From: an uncultured Syntrophobacterales bacterium
Lineage (GTDB): Bacteria > Desulfobacterota > Desulfobaccia > Desulfobaccales > 0-14-0-80-60-11
Direction of reading: 5' to 3'
Length of the DNA: 63,326 nucleotides
NCBI GenBank assembly: GCA_965602785.1
Contig: CBFDAH010000002.1
Coordinates: 1 to 63,326 of the forward strand
Position 1 is the first letter of the stretch, and each line of letters starts with the position of its first letter. The position numbers and the translations under genes were made by a program. This document shows, one piece after another, positions 45,390 through 56,207 of the stretch. A model generated the notes under the pieces. That model did not search any database. It worked only from the letters and a program-made list of their open reading frames with translations, and had not been told where the DNA came from.

Positions 45390-46717
45390 GAGACGAAGAT
45401 GGCCTCCAATTCCTGAATGGCCTGGGGGAGAGAAACCGCTTCGGCGCTATCCTGACGGAGATAGCGCTGCACGGCTTCTATCTTATCCAGGGCGTTGTCG
45501 ATCTCCGGGTTGCTGCCCCTCACGTAAGCGTTTATATTCACCAGATCTTCAGCCCGGCGGTAGGCGGCCAAAACCCGGATCAGGCTTTCCCGCAGGCGCT
45601 GATGCTCTGCCACCGCCACCTGAGGCATGAGACGGGAGATGCTTCCCAGAATGTCAATGGCCGGGTAGTGGCCTTGGTCGGCAATTTCCCGGCTGAGGAC
45701 AATGTGCCCGTCCAAAATGGCCCGGGTGGCGTCGGCAATGGGTTCCAGAAGATCATCTCCCTCCACCAAGACGGTATAGATGCCGGTGATGCTGCCCTTC
45801 CCCTGACAGGCGCCGGCTCGCTCCAGGAGTCCGGGCAAGCGGGTAAACACCGAAGGCGTATAGCCCCGGGCGGTGGGGGGCTCGCCAATGGCCAGGCCAA
45901 TCTCCCGGGCCGCCATGGCAAAGCGGGTGAGAGAGTCCAGGAGCAAGAGCACGTGCAATCCCTGATCCCGGAAGTATTCGGCTATGGCTGTGGCCAGATA
46001 GGCGCCTCTCAGGCGGGCCAGGGGCGGGGTGTCCGACGTGGCGGCCACCACGCAGGAGCGGGCCAAACCCTCTTCCCCCAGGTCATGATCCAGGAATTCT
46101 TTGACCTCCCGGCCCCGTTCGCCCACCAGGGCGATGACGCTCACGTCGGAACGGGTAAAGCGGGCCATCATGCCCATGAGGGTGCTCTTACCCACGCCGC
46201 TCCCGGAGAAGATGCCTACCCGTTGGCCCCGGCCCAGAGTGAGGAGGCCGTTGATGGCCCGAATGCCCACGTCCAGGGGGTTCCTGATGTTCTCCCGGGT
46301 GCAGGGATTCAAAGGTTTGGCATAGAGGGGGTAGGCCTGGGTGGCGTTTAAGGGACCCTTGTCATCCAGGGGCCTTCCCAGACCGTCCACCACCCGTCCC
46401 AGGAGGGTTTCTCCCACCGGAGCCAAGGCCTCCTGGGTCTTAAGCACCACCCGGGCCTGGGGTCTGATGCCCCGCACCTCCCCCTGGGGCATGAGGAATA
46501 CTTCCCTTTGGCGGAACCCCACCACCTCGGCGGTGATGGGCCTTTCCGGGGGGGGCATCTCGATTTCACAGATTCTACCCACGGCGCTCTCCGGTCCATG
46601 GCTGGTTATGACCAGCCCCACCATCTCCTGGACCCGCCCTGTGTGGGAATAGGGCGTAACCCTAGTCACGGCCTCTTTCAAGTGCGGCCAATCAATCGAC
46701 GGCGGGGTGTGCATCAC
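45386..46717 (-). CDS. fliI: Flagellum-specific ATPase
   Basis: Walker A GSGVGKST, Walker B HVLLLLDSLTR, and F1/T3SS ATPase-like features throughout. Confidence 0.95.
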   Translation of the reverse strand: MMHTPPSIDWPHLKEAVTRVTPYSHTGRVQEMVGLVITSHGPESAVGRICEIEMPPPERPITAEVVGFRQREVFLMPQGEVRGIRPQARVVLKTQEALAPVGETLLGRVVDGLGRPLDDKGPLNATQAYPLYAKPLNPCTRENIRNPLDVGIRAINGLLTLGRGQRVGIFSGSGVGKSTLMGMMARFTRSDVSVIALVGERGREVKEFLDHDLGEEGLARSCVVAATSDTPPLARLRGAYLATAIAEYFRDQGLHVLLLLDSLTRFAMAAREIGLAIGEPPTARGYTPSVFTRLPGLLERAGACQGKGSITGIYTVLVEGDDLLEPIADATRAILDGHIVLSREIADQGHYPAIDILGSISRLMPQVAVAEHQRLRESLIRVLAAYRRAEDLVNINAYVRGSNPEIDNALDKIEAVQRYLRQDSAEAVSLPQAIQELEAIFVS

Positions 46718-47414
46718 CAGTCTCCAAGGTTTGCTGAAGCGCCGATCTTACCAGGGCCCAACGGGTTTCCCGGGTGCCGTCTACCTCCCCCCAGGCAGTT
46801 TCCAGGCGGAATCCTCCGGGCGTGATAGTGCCATCGGCTGAAAGTTCCACCCCCGGTGGCCAGGATTCCAGGTCTGCCTGTTTCAGGACCTCGTAGTCCG
46901 GGGGGCTCACCAGTAGCTTCAGCTCCTCTAGGTGGGCCACCTGTTGGAATCCCTCCTCGATGATCTGGCGGATGGCTTCCGGGTGCAGGCTAAGTTCCCT
47001 GGCCACCAGTTTTTCACTCGCCAGGAGAACCAGTTCCAGTAAAAGTCCCTCGCGTTGGCGGAAGAGGCTTTCCCGGTCCTGCTCCAAAGTGTCCACCAGA
47101 TGCTGGAGGCGCTGGATCACTTCCTCCAGCCCCCGCCACCCTACTTCCTGGCCATCTTTTTGGCCTTGTTGGAAGCCATCCTCATAGGCCTGGCGTTCAA
47201 TCTCCTGGGCCTTTTCCCGAGCCTCGGCCAGTATTTCCTCGGTCCGGGCCACCATTTCCTGATCGGTGAGAGGGCCGCCGCCCGGAGCACCATAGTCCCA
47301 GACCTGGAATTCCAGAGGGACAGGCGTGGGGTCAACCGGGTCATTTTCCCATCCAGTTAACTGAAATTCCTGGACTTCCTGGGGGTCAACTTTTTCCTGC
47401 TCAGATATAGACAT
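46692..47414 (-). CDS. fliH: Flagellar assembly protein FliH
   Basis: The typical EEILAEAREKAQEIERQAYEDGFQQGQKDG. I prefer the ATG at 47414, which overlaps the fliG stop; the track ORF extends to 47504. Confidence 0.75.
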   Translation of the reverse strand: MSISEQEKVDPQEVQEFQLTGWENDPVDPTPVPLEFQVWDYGAPGGGPLTDQEMVARTEEILAEAREKAQEIERQAYEDGFQQGQKDGQEVGWRGLEEVIQRLQHLVDTLEQDRESLFRQREGLLLELVLLASEKLVARELSLHPEAIRQIIEEGFQQVAHLEELKLLVSPPDYEVLKQADLESWPPGVELSADGTITPGGFRLETAWGEVDGTRETRWALVRSALQQTLETGDAHPAVD

Positions 47415-48423
47415 CCTCGCTGCCTTTGCTGGACAAGACCAACTGGCCTTCTGCTTCCAACCGCTTGGCCACCTGGATAATCTTCTGCTGGGCGCCTTCC
47501 ACATCCCGGAGGCGGGCCGGACCCATGATCTCGAGTTCCTCCTGGAGCATCTCCGCCGCCCGGCTGGACATGTTTTGGAAAAACTTGTTTTTCAGTTCTT
47601 CCGTAGCCGCCTTTAGTGCCAGGGCCAGTTCCTGGGTATTGACTTCCTTGAGAAGGGCCATCAAGCCCCGGTCCTCCAATCCCAGGAGGTCTTCAAAGGT
47701 GAAGAGATAGCGACGAATTTCTTCAGCCAGGTCTTCATGGTCATCTTCTTCTAAACGTTTCAGGAGGTTAGCCTCTAGACTGCGCTCCATCTGGTTGAAA
47801 ATTTCCGCCACGGACTGGGGTCCACCCACAAAACGGCCCCCCACATCCTCCACCAAGGCAATTTCTTCCTTTAGGGCTGTGTCGATCTCCTCGATAATCG
47901 CCGGAGAGACTTGGTCCAGGCTGGCAATGCGCTGCACTACCTCAAGTTGGAGATTCTCCGGGAAGAGGGCTAATACCTGTCCGGCTTGCTGCCGCTCCAG
48001 GTGGGCCAACACCAAGGACACAGTCTGGGGGTGTTCATTGCGTAAAAAGGAAGCCACGGTGCGGGCGTCCAGTTTTTTGATTTTTTGGAAAAAATCCGGG
48101 GTGGTATCCAGATCTAAACTTTCTATTAGTTCCTCCTGGCGGCTTAGGTCCATGGAACGAGAGATGGTGTTTTTAAAAAATTGATCGCCCCGGACCACAA
48201 TGGCCTCAGGGGCTTCCATCGTTTGGATGAACTCCTCCAGTACGGTGGTCATTTGCTTGGTGGGAACGATTTCCAGCTTGGAGATTTTCTGTCCTATCAA
48301 CTGGACTTCCCGGTCTTCCAGGCGGCTCAGGATATCGCCGGCCTGACCCTCCCCCAGGGTAAGGAGGAGAATAGCGGCTTTTTCCATACCACTCATTCGA
48401 TCTGATTTGATAGGTGAGGCCAC
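47401..48423 (-). CDS. fliG: Flagellar motor switch protein FliG
   Basis: MSGMEKAAILLLTLGE... and the C-terminal torque-helix region. Confidence 0.9.
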   Translation of the reverse strand: MASPIKSDRMSGMEKAAILLLTLGEGQAGDILSRLEDREVQLIGQKISKLEIVPTKQMTTVLEEFIQTMEAPEAIVVRGDQFFKNTISRSMDLSRQEELIESLDLDTTPDFFQKIKKLDARTVASFLRNEHPQTVSLVLAHLERQQAGQVLALFPENLQLEVVQRIASLDQVSPAIIEEIDTALKEEIALVEDVGGRFVGGPQSVAEIFNQMERSLEANLLKRLEEDDHEDLAEEIRRYLFTFEDLLGLEDRGLMALLKEVNTQELALALKAATEELKNKFFQNMSSRAAEMLQEELEIMGPARLRDVEGAQQKIIQVAKRLEAEGQLVLSSKGSEDVYI

Positions 48424-48459
48424 AATGACTCTCCTTTCCGAATGGCGGACGGACCCCTG

Positions 48460-50118
48460 CTACTTCAAGTCTTTCTCATGGAGCCATAGGCGCAGGACCT
48501 CCACCGCCCGGTCCGGATGGTTGGATATGAGGTGGGTAACCTTATCTTTTCCGGACACTGGTTCTGGCAAGGCAGGAGGAGGTTGTCCTGCCTTCAAGGC
48601 CAAGGGTGTGGCGGCGGCCCCGGGGAGGGCGGCTTCATGGACCTCTGAGGCATGTAAGGCCGGAGGCGAGGGCCCTTCCAGAAGGGGAGGCCGGGTCGGT
48701 GTTTTCCGCTTCTTCATGAGGAACATCAAAACTCCCAGGACGAGAAGGAACAGCAAGCCGATTTTCCAGGAAAAACCCAGTCCTTGGGACCACCCATCCT
48801 CCGATTTGAAGGCCACCGTACCCTCTGCGGCTTGGACCGCCAGGGGCGCGCAGGTAATCTCCAACTGATCGCCCCGAGCGGTATTGAAGCCCACTGCTTT
48901 CTTGGTTAAATTGACGAATTGGCGCATCTCCTCCGGCCCCCGGGAAGTGAAGGTGCGTTTTTTGCCCTTGTAAATGCCATCCACCACCACCGCCAGAGAG
49001 AGGCGCTTTACCTTGCCGGGGGTGCCCACCACCTGACGAACCACCCGGTTGATTTCATAGTTGATCAGCTCCGAGGAGCGCTCGGAACCACCTCTGGAGG
49101 TGGTTTTGGAGCGGGTTGGGGCGGCCAGGGGCGGCGGCCCCTTTCCGGGGGGCGGGGGGGTTATGGTCCCCCGGCTGAGATTAAAACGGCCTTCCGGGTT
49201 GCCGCCTCCAAACCCCTTGGTGCTTCTCTCGAGGGTCTTCTGCTCACTGCGCACCAGCTCCCGGTTGGGAGTGAAAGTCTCCTCCCGGAGGTCGATTTTT
49301 TGGAAGTTCAGCTCGGTGGACACTTTTACGAAAGATTTGCGCGGGCCCAGCATTTTATCAAAAAGTTCCTGGACCTTGCGCTCGTAGTTCTGCTCTACTT
49401 GGCGCTGTAAGTCCATTTGCCCGGTGGTGAGGCCCATGGGGCTAAGCTGGTCCTGGGGCTTACTCAGGATACGCCCGTTGAGGTCCACCACGGTTATCTG
49501 GCCCGGGTGGAGGCCCGGCACGGCGCTGGCCACGAGGTTAACGATGCCGTCCACCTGGGAGGGGCTCAAGGTGCGCCCCGGGCGCAGCTTGACTGCTATC
49601 GAGGCCGTGGGCTTTTTCTGGTCTTCCAGGAACAGCGATTCCTTGGGGGTGACCACGTGGACCCGGGCTTCCAAAATGGCCGGCATGCCGGCGATGGTGC
49701 GGGCCAGCTCTCCCTGCAAGGCTCGCTGGTAATTGAGACGCTGCACAAAATCAGTAACTCCCAGATTCTGGCGGTCAAAAATCTCGAAGCCCACGCCCCC
49801 GCCTTTGGGTAGGCCCTCGCTGGCCAGGAGCAGGCGCAGTTCATACATCTCGGACTTGGGCACCAGAATGACGGTGCCATTGTTGTCCAACCGGTAAGGA
49901 ACCTTCTTTCCCTTTAACTTGACAACAATGTCTCCGGCGTCTTCCTGGGAAAGGTTGGTGAAGAGCACCCCGTAGTCCGTCTGGCCCTGGACGTAGAACA
50001 GGAAGCCAAGAGCCAGAATTATCGCGGCCATCAGGGCCAGGAGTATTAGTCGTTGGAAAGACGGCAGGGCCTGAAACCACCCCCCGATACTCGCTATAAA
50101 TCTTTTTATGGAGTCCAT
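48460..50118 (-). CDS. fliF: Flagellar M-ring protein FliF
   Basis: N-terminal TM segment followed by LFTNLSQEDAGDIVVKLKGKKVPYRL, a second TM segment and a C-terminal FliG-binding tail. Confidence 0.9.
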   Translation of the reverse strand: MDSIKRFIASIGGWFQALPSFQRLILLALMAAIILALGFLFYVQGQTDYGVLFTNLSQEDAGDIVVKLKGKKVPYRLDNNGTVILVPKSEMYELRLLLASEGLPKGGGVGFEIFDRQNLGVTDFVQRLNYQRALQGELARTIAGMPAILEARVHVVTPKESLFLEDQKKPTASIAVKLRPGRTLSPSQVDGIVNLVASAVPGLHPGQITVVDLNGRILSKPQDQLSPMGLTTGQMDLQRQVEQNYERKVQELFDKMLGPRKSFVKVSTELNFQKIDLREETFTPNRELVRSEQKTLERSTKGFGGGNPEGRFNLSRGTITPPPPGKGPPPLAAPTRSKTTSRGGSERSSELINYEINRVVRQVVGTPGKVKRLSLAVVVDGIYKGKKRTFTSRGPEEMRQFVNLTKKAVGFNTARGDQLEITCAPLAVQAAEGTVAFKSEDGWSQGLGFSWKIGLLFLLVLGVLMFLMKKRKTPTRPPLLEGPSPPALHASEVHEAALPGAAATPLALKAGQPPPALPEPVSGKDKVTHLISNHPDRAVEVLRLWLHEKDLK

Positions 50119-50151
50119 ATGCCTTACTTGTAGAAAAGATCAGACACTGCT

Positions 50152-50442
50152 TTACATGGGCATGCGGCTTAGTTCCTCGTAAGCCTGGACAAGTTTATTG
50201 CGAACCTGTACCAGGACCTTGAGGCTTAGGTTCGCCTTTTCCAGGGCCAACATGGCTTCGTGGAGGTCAGTTTCCCCTAACAGAGAACGTTGGACCTGGG
50301 CGTCCGCCTGATGCTGCTGGCCGTCAACCTCCGCCAGGATTTGCTGAAAGACATTCTTCTGGCGGGAGGTGAGTTCTGTGGACGGCGATTCTCCCTGGGT
50401 AGGGGCCGTCATTATTCCGTTGACGAATGGGTTGACCTGCAT
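50152..50442 (-). CDS. fliE: Flagellar hook-basal body protein FliE
   Basis: C-terminus LVQVRNKLVQAYEELSRMPM. Confidence 0.85.
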   Translation of the reverse strand: MQVNPFVNGIMTAPTQGESPSTELTSRQKNVFQQILAEVDGQQHQADAQVQRSLLGETDLHEAMLALEKANLSLKVLVQVRNKLVQAYEELSRMPM

Positions 50443-50528
50443 GGGTATCTCCCTTGGCGCCCCTTAACCCGAATCAATAAAGGGGAGCGCTCCCTATAGT
50501 CTGGGTTTCAAACAGAAGTCGCGGTTCC

Positions 50529-50948
50529 CTAACGGCCGATTTCCAGGGCCTTCAAAGCCATGTTTTTCCCGGCCCGGAAGGCGGCCACGTTGGCGTCAAA
50601 GGCACGACTGGCCAGGACCATGCTCACCATTTCCTTCACCGGGTTGACATTGGGCCAGGTCACTATGCCGTTCTTGTCGGCGTCCGGGTGCGTGGGGTCG
50701 TACTCCTGACGCAGTCCTTCCCGGGTCTCCGCGATTTCGGCGACTTCCACCTTAGTGGGGGACTCCAGCAGGCTGGCAAAATCTTGGGCGGGCTGACTCT
50801 CCAGGACGACATATTTCTTGAGGTATGGCCCCCCCTGGGGGGTACGGGTGGCCTGAGCGTTGGCCAAGTTCTCGGCGATGACGTTTAGGCGCTGCCGCTG
50901 GGCGGTAAGGCCCGAGGCACTGATTTCCATGGTCCCGACAATTTTCAC
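50529..50948 (-). CDS. flgC: Flagellar basal-body rod protein FlgC
   Basis: ISASGLTAQRQRLNVIAENLANAQATRT. Confidence 0.9.
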   Translation of the reverse strand: MKIVGTMEISASGLTAQRQRLNVIAENLANAQATRTPQGGPYLKKYVVLESQPAQDFASLLESPTKVEVAEIAETREGLRQEYDPTHPDADKNGIVTWPNVNPVKEMVSMVLASRAFDANVAAFRAGKNMALKALEIGR

Positions 50949-51328
50949 CCTCTGTCTCCCTCCACTACAGCTCTCAGCTGGTTTAATTTTTTAATGAGCA
51001 TGGTCACCGAGGCTTGGTAACCCAACTGGTTCACGGAAAGATTGACCATCTCCTGGTCCAGGTCGACTCTGTCAGCAGTTTCTTTGACCAGGCCGGCTTC
51101 GAGACCGGAACCCTTAAGATGTTCGGGGTTGGTCGTGGTCAGAATAACACTCGGCCTCCCCTGGAGGTGGTCTTTGAGCACCCGCTGGAAGTTCACCTCT
51201 TGCCGGGTATAATGAGGCGTATCCAGGTTGGCCAGGTTACCGGCAAGAATTTCCTGGCCCCGGCTCCGCCAGGTGAGGGCCTTTTCCAGGAGGTTTATGG
51301 TGCCATCGGGGAAGAGATCACCAGGCAT
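50945..51328 (-). CDS. flgB: Flagellar basal-body rod protein FlgB
   Basis: ILAGNLANLDTPHY. 4-nt overlap with flgC. Confidence 0.85.
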   Translation of the reverse strand: MPGDLFPDGTINLLEKALTWRSRGQEILAGNLANLDTPHYTRQEVNFQRVLKDHLQGRPSVILTTTNPEHLKGSGLEAGLVKETADRVDLDQEMVNLSVNQLGYQASVTMLIKKLNQLRAVVEGDRG

Positions 51329-51399
51329 AATTCCTACCTTGTCTCCTTTTGGGTAAAGATTGCCTCTTTTTTCATCTTATTCATTAAAGTTAGCAATAA

Positions 51400-52791
<1,392 letters not shown>

Positions 52792-52811
52792 GCAGTCATC
52801 CTCAACAAGAC

Positions 52812-54161
52812 TCAGGGGGAAGGTTCCTTCTGGAGGCGGGCCAGTTCCAGGTCCCCCATCCGCACCCGGGCCAGGCGCTGCCAGAAAAGGTCACCATGTT
52901 GGGCCAAAACATGGAAAACTGTCTGGGCGGCATCCAATTGACCCTCCCTCAGGCGGCTCAGTCCGAGGCGGTCCTGGTAAAAGGGGGTCAGGTTCCCGCC
53001 GGCCGACTTCTCGGCCATCATCTGGTAAACTTGGGCTTCCCGGGAAAAGTCGCCCTGGGTCAAGTAGCGTCGGGCCAACGCGGCCTGGAGGCAGCGGTCC
53101 AAGGGGGCCGGCCACGAGTTTTGCCAAGCCTTTGCCAAAGCCGGTGTCTGTATCTTCCGTTCCGCAGCGTTGGCTGCCTGGGGCAGTAACCACGGTAGCA
53201 GGGTCTCACCCGCGGTGGTGGCCCAGCCGACGGAGAAGGACAGGCCACCGGCTTCCCGGCAGGCCAGCCAGGAGTGCAGGAGAGACTTTTTCTCTTCTTT
53301 ACCGGAGGGCTCCTGGTGCCAAGTGTCGGTGAGCCCCTGCCAGCCCCGGGACAGCCAGGCCAGCTCCAGGGAATTGCTTTTAAGCCTGCGCTGCCACTGG
53401 AAAGTGTGGTGTTTGCCCCACCTGGTTAGCAGGGCTTGGGCTTCTTCCAGGAGGCCGTGATCTTTCAGGATGTCGGCCAACAGCAGGGCCGCCTCCGGGG
53501 ATTCACTACCTTGGGGCTGGAGATGCCACAGCTCCAAAACCTCTTCCACTAAAGAGAGGGGAGGGCTGACGGTGGCGCGCACCTTTTGGGCCACGGCCCG
53601 CCATCCCGCCCTGAGGGGCTCCTGCAAGGTCTCGGGCGGATTTCCGGGGGGCAGGGTCGCCACTTTTTCCAGGAAAAGCCGCAAAGCCCGGACCGGATCG
53701 CTGTGGGTCAGGTCCCGGGAGAGCTCCAGACGGGCCGCAGTCAGGCGGACCCTGGCCGCCTCCGAAGTCCCGGATTGCAGACAGGCGAGGAAGGCATACA
53801 GTTCCACGGCTTTTTCCTGTTCCCCCTGTTGTTTCGCCAAGTTCGCCAAGGTGAGGAGGGTGGCCTGCCGCTGGGGGGCTTGGGGAAAAAGATTCACCAG
53901 GGCCCACCCGGATTCCCAGGCCGCGGCCAACTCCCCCGCCTTTTCCTGGGCTTTTAATCTCTTCCAATAGGCCTCCGGCTTCAGGGACAGGGGTCCGGAG
54001 GTTTTGGGGGCTGGCGATGTCGAGGGCTCGGTGGCAGGAGGGGAGGCCGGGCGAGGGAGGGGTAGACCGACCCGCCGGTGGGCGGCGGCGTCCAGCGCCC
54101 ACCCCGTGCACATCACCAGGCATACCAAAGTCAGGAGGGTGCGCCACCGCCCCCCGGGCAT
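52812..54161 (-). CDS. Secreted helical-repeat (TPR-like) hypothetical protein
   Basis: Start MPGGRWRTLLTLVCLVMCTGWALDAAA at 54161, 1 nt after the upstream stop. Long Leu/Ala-rich helical repeats. Confidence 0.55.
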   Translation of the reverse strand: MPGGRWRTLLTLVCLVMCTGWALDAAAHRRVGLPLPRPASPPATEPSTSPAPKTSGPLSLKPEAYWKRLKAQEKAGELAAAWESGWALVNLFPQAPQRQATLLTLANLAKQQGEQEKAVELYAFLACLQSGTSEAARVRLTAARLELSRDLTHSDPVRALRLFLEKVATLPPGNPPETLQEPLRAGWRAVAQKVRATVSPPLSLVEEVLELWHLQPQGSESPEAALLLADILKDHGLLEEAQALLTRWGKHHTFQWQRRLKSNSLELAWLSRGWQGLTDTWHQEPSGKEEKKSLLHSWLACREAGGLSFSVGWATTAGETLLPWLLPQAANAAERKIQTPALAKAWQNSWPAPLDRCLQAALARRYLTQGDFSREAQVYQMMAEKSAGGNLTPFYQDRLGLSRLREGQLDAAQTVFHVLAQHGDLFWQRLARVRMGDLELARLQKEPSP

Positions 54162-54162
54162 C

Positions 54163-54525
54163 TCAGCGTCCTCCGCTCTGGCGCTGGCGATTGAGTTCTT
54201 CCAGGAGGTGGATGATCTTTTCATTCTGTTGAATAAGGGTGAGGTTGGTCTTGACCATAAACCGCTGGGCGGTGGCGATCTGTTCCAGGAATTTCTGTTG
54301 GGGATCGCCGGTTACCACCTCTGAGTTCGCCAGCTTCTCCATGGCCTGAAAAAACTCCCCCGAAAGAACCACATAAGGGGTTTTATATGACATGGACCCT
54401 TCCCCGGCAGATGCGGGAGGGCTTCCCCCCTGGGCCGGGAGAACGGCCACCGACATAATTAGGGCCATGGTCAAAAAAAGCTCGAACCCCTGCCAGGAAC
54501 GCAGCCACTGTCTGTTTTTCGACAT
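54163..54525 (-). CDS. Small secreted or membrane-anchored hypothetical protein
   Basis: 120 aa with the hydrophobic N-terminus FELFLTMALIMSVAVLPAQG. GAGAGG ribosome-binding site and a sigma-54-like promoter just upstream. Confidence 0.5.
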   Translation of the reverse strand: MSKNRQWLRSWQGFELFLTMALIMSVAVLPAQGGSPPASAGEGSMSYKTPYVVLSGEFFQAMEKLANSEVVTGDPQQKFLEQIATAQRFMVKTNLTLIQQNEKIIHLLEELNRQRQSGGR

Positions 54526-54550
54526 CTCGTTTGCCTCTCGCCTTCAGAGA

Positions 54551-54565
54551 GCAAGAGGCGTACCA
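54551..54565 (-). promoter_or_regulatory. Sigma-54 promoter candidate
   Basis: The minus strand reads TGGTACGCCTCTTGC. GG/GC spacing is exact, with one mismatch to TGGCACG. It lies 26-40 nt upstream of the ATG at 54525. Confidence 0.45.
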
Positions 54566-54688
54566 ACCAGGCAGAGTTGGACCTGGTTCGAATAAGATGC
54601 TGATATTTAATGATAAATAAGAAAGAGAGAATGAGGCGCTTCAGGCGGGCGTCAACGACAAGGAAATGCTTTTGTCATTTTTTTGACA

Positions 54689-56101
54689 TCACTGAGACTT
54701 GGCCCGGGGGGCCGCACCCGGGTTGACGATCTTTTGTTTTTTCATCTTTTCAATAAGCGTGGTACGGTTCAGGCGGAGGAGCTGGGCGGCCCGGCTCTTT
54801 ACCCAATCGCTCTTGTCCAAAGCCTTCAGAATCAGGCGGCGCTCGAAGTCTTTTAGAGCTTGGGTGAAATTGACACCTTCCCCGGGAAAGTCTAGACTTT
54901 CGGTTTCTAGACCCAGACTGGTGGAGGCCTGGAATCGTTGGGGCAAATCCTCCAACTCCACCGTGTCTCCATCGGTAAGAATTACCAGCCGTTCCATGAG
55001 ATTTTCCAGCTCCCGGACATTCCCCGGCCAGGGGTAGTTGTTAAGGAACTCCAAGCTTTTAGGGCTCAGGCGCTTGGCTGGCTTTTTCTTTTTTTGAGTG
55101 AATTCCTGGAGGAAGTGGGCCGCCAGGAGGATGATGTCGCCGGGCCGTTCCCTTAAAGGGGGGACCCGGATGGGGATGACGTTCAGGCGGTAGTAAAGGT
55201 CTTCCCGAAACCCGCCCCGGCGCACCAGATCTTCCAGATCCTGGTTGGTGGCTGCGATGACTCGGATATCCACCTTGATGCTCTTGATCCCCCCGATGCG
55301 CTCGAAGGAATGGTCCTGGAGGACCCGTAACAGCTTCACCTGGAGACCGGGGCTCATGTCGGCGATTTCGTCCAGGAACATGGTGCCGCCATTGGCCTGT
55401 TCAAAACGGCCGATGCGGGTCCGCACCGCGTGGGTAAAGGCTCCCCGTTCATGGCCGAACAGTTCGCTTTCCAGGAGTTCCTCGGGAATGGCGGCGCAGT
55501 TTACCGGCACCAGGGGACCCTGGCGGCGGTGGCTGTTATAGTGGATGGCCCGGGCGATGAGCTCCTTGCCCGTGCCCGACTCCCCCAAGATGAGCACCGT
55601 GGAATCAGTGTCCGCCACCTTGCGGATGAGGTCAAAAACTTTAGTAATGGGCTCACTAGTGCCGATGATATTGGCAAAGCCGAAACGTTTGTCCAGTTGC
55701 TTTCTGAGTTCCAGGTTCTCTTGCTGGAGACGGCGGTGTTCCAGGGCACGTTGCACCACCAGCCTTAGTTCCTGGGGGTCCACCGGCTTGGGTAGGTAGT
55801 CATAGGCCCCCTGGCGCATGGCGTCCACCGAGTTTTTGACAGTGGCATAGCCGGTGACGATGATGCACAGGCAATGGGGTTGATGGCGCACCAGGAATTT
55901 CAGGATGTCCAGGCCGCCGACCCCTGGGAGGGCCATGTCCGTGAGCACCAGGTCAAAACCCTGCTCTTTAAGGCGCTGAAGACCGGTTTCGCCGTCGGGA
56001 ACGGTTTCCACCTCGTAGCCCTCGTGCTGCAGGATTTCCTGGAGGGCTTCCCGTTGGGCCCGATCGTCTTCCACCACTAAAATGCTGGCGTGGGGTTTCA
56101 T
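54689..56101 (-). CDS. Sigma-54-dependent response regulator (NtrC/FlrC/FleR-like) with a canonical receiver
   Basis: Receiver residues ILVVEDD, VLTDMALPG, IVTGY and YLPKP. AAA+ GESGTGKE, loop GAFTHA and a C-terminal HTH. The ATG at 56101 follows AGGGAGGTGA; the track ORF extends to 56269. Confidence 0.9.
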   Translation of the reverse strand: MKPHASILVVEDDRAQREALQEILQHEGYEVETVPDGETGLQRLKEQGFDLVLTDMALPGVGGLDILKFLVRHQPHCLCIIVTGYATVKNSVDAMRQGAYDYLPKPVDPQELRLVVQRALEHRRLQQENLELRKQLDKRFGFANIIGTSEPITKVFDLIRKVADTDSTVLILGESGTGKELIARAIHYNSHRRQGPLVPVNCAAIPEELLESELFGHERGAFTHAVRTRIGRFEQANGGTMFLDEIADMSPGLQVKLLRVLQDHSFERIGGIKSIKVDIRVIAATNQDLEDLVRRGGFREDLYYRLNVIPIRVPPLRERPGDIILLAAHFLQEFTQKKKKPAKRLSPKSLEFLNNYPWPGNVRELENLMERLVILTDGDTVELEDLPQRFQASTSLGLETESLDFPGEGVNFTQALKDFERRLILKALDKSDWVKSRAAQLLRLNRTTLIEKMKKQKIVNPGAAPRAKSQ

Positions 56102-56146
56102 CACCTCCCTAGTACATGAAAAAAACATCGGTGTCAATATTATGAC

Positions 56147-56176
56147 ATAAGGATTTTCCTGATAAGGATTTTCCTG
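56147..56176. promoter_or_regulatory. Perfect 15-bp tandem direct repeat ATAAGGATTTTCCTG x2 (plus a partial third, ATAAG) in a divergent promoter region
   Basis: The copies lie at 56147-56161 and 56162-56176, between the EBP gene (minus) and the ORF at 56208 (plus). Confidence 0.45.
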
Positions 56177-56207
56177 ATAAGAACTCCTAAGAAATGGTTG
56201 ACTTGAG

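Noticed and set aside
54585-54593. A tRNA-like T-loop sequence GGTTCGAAT in an intergenic gap.
   Set aside because: The flanking sequence cannot form an acceptor stem, anticodon arm or D arm. It is an isolated chance match.
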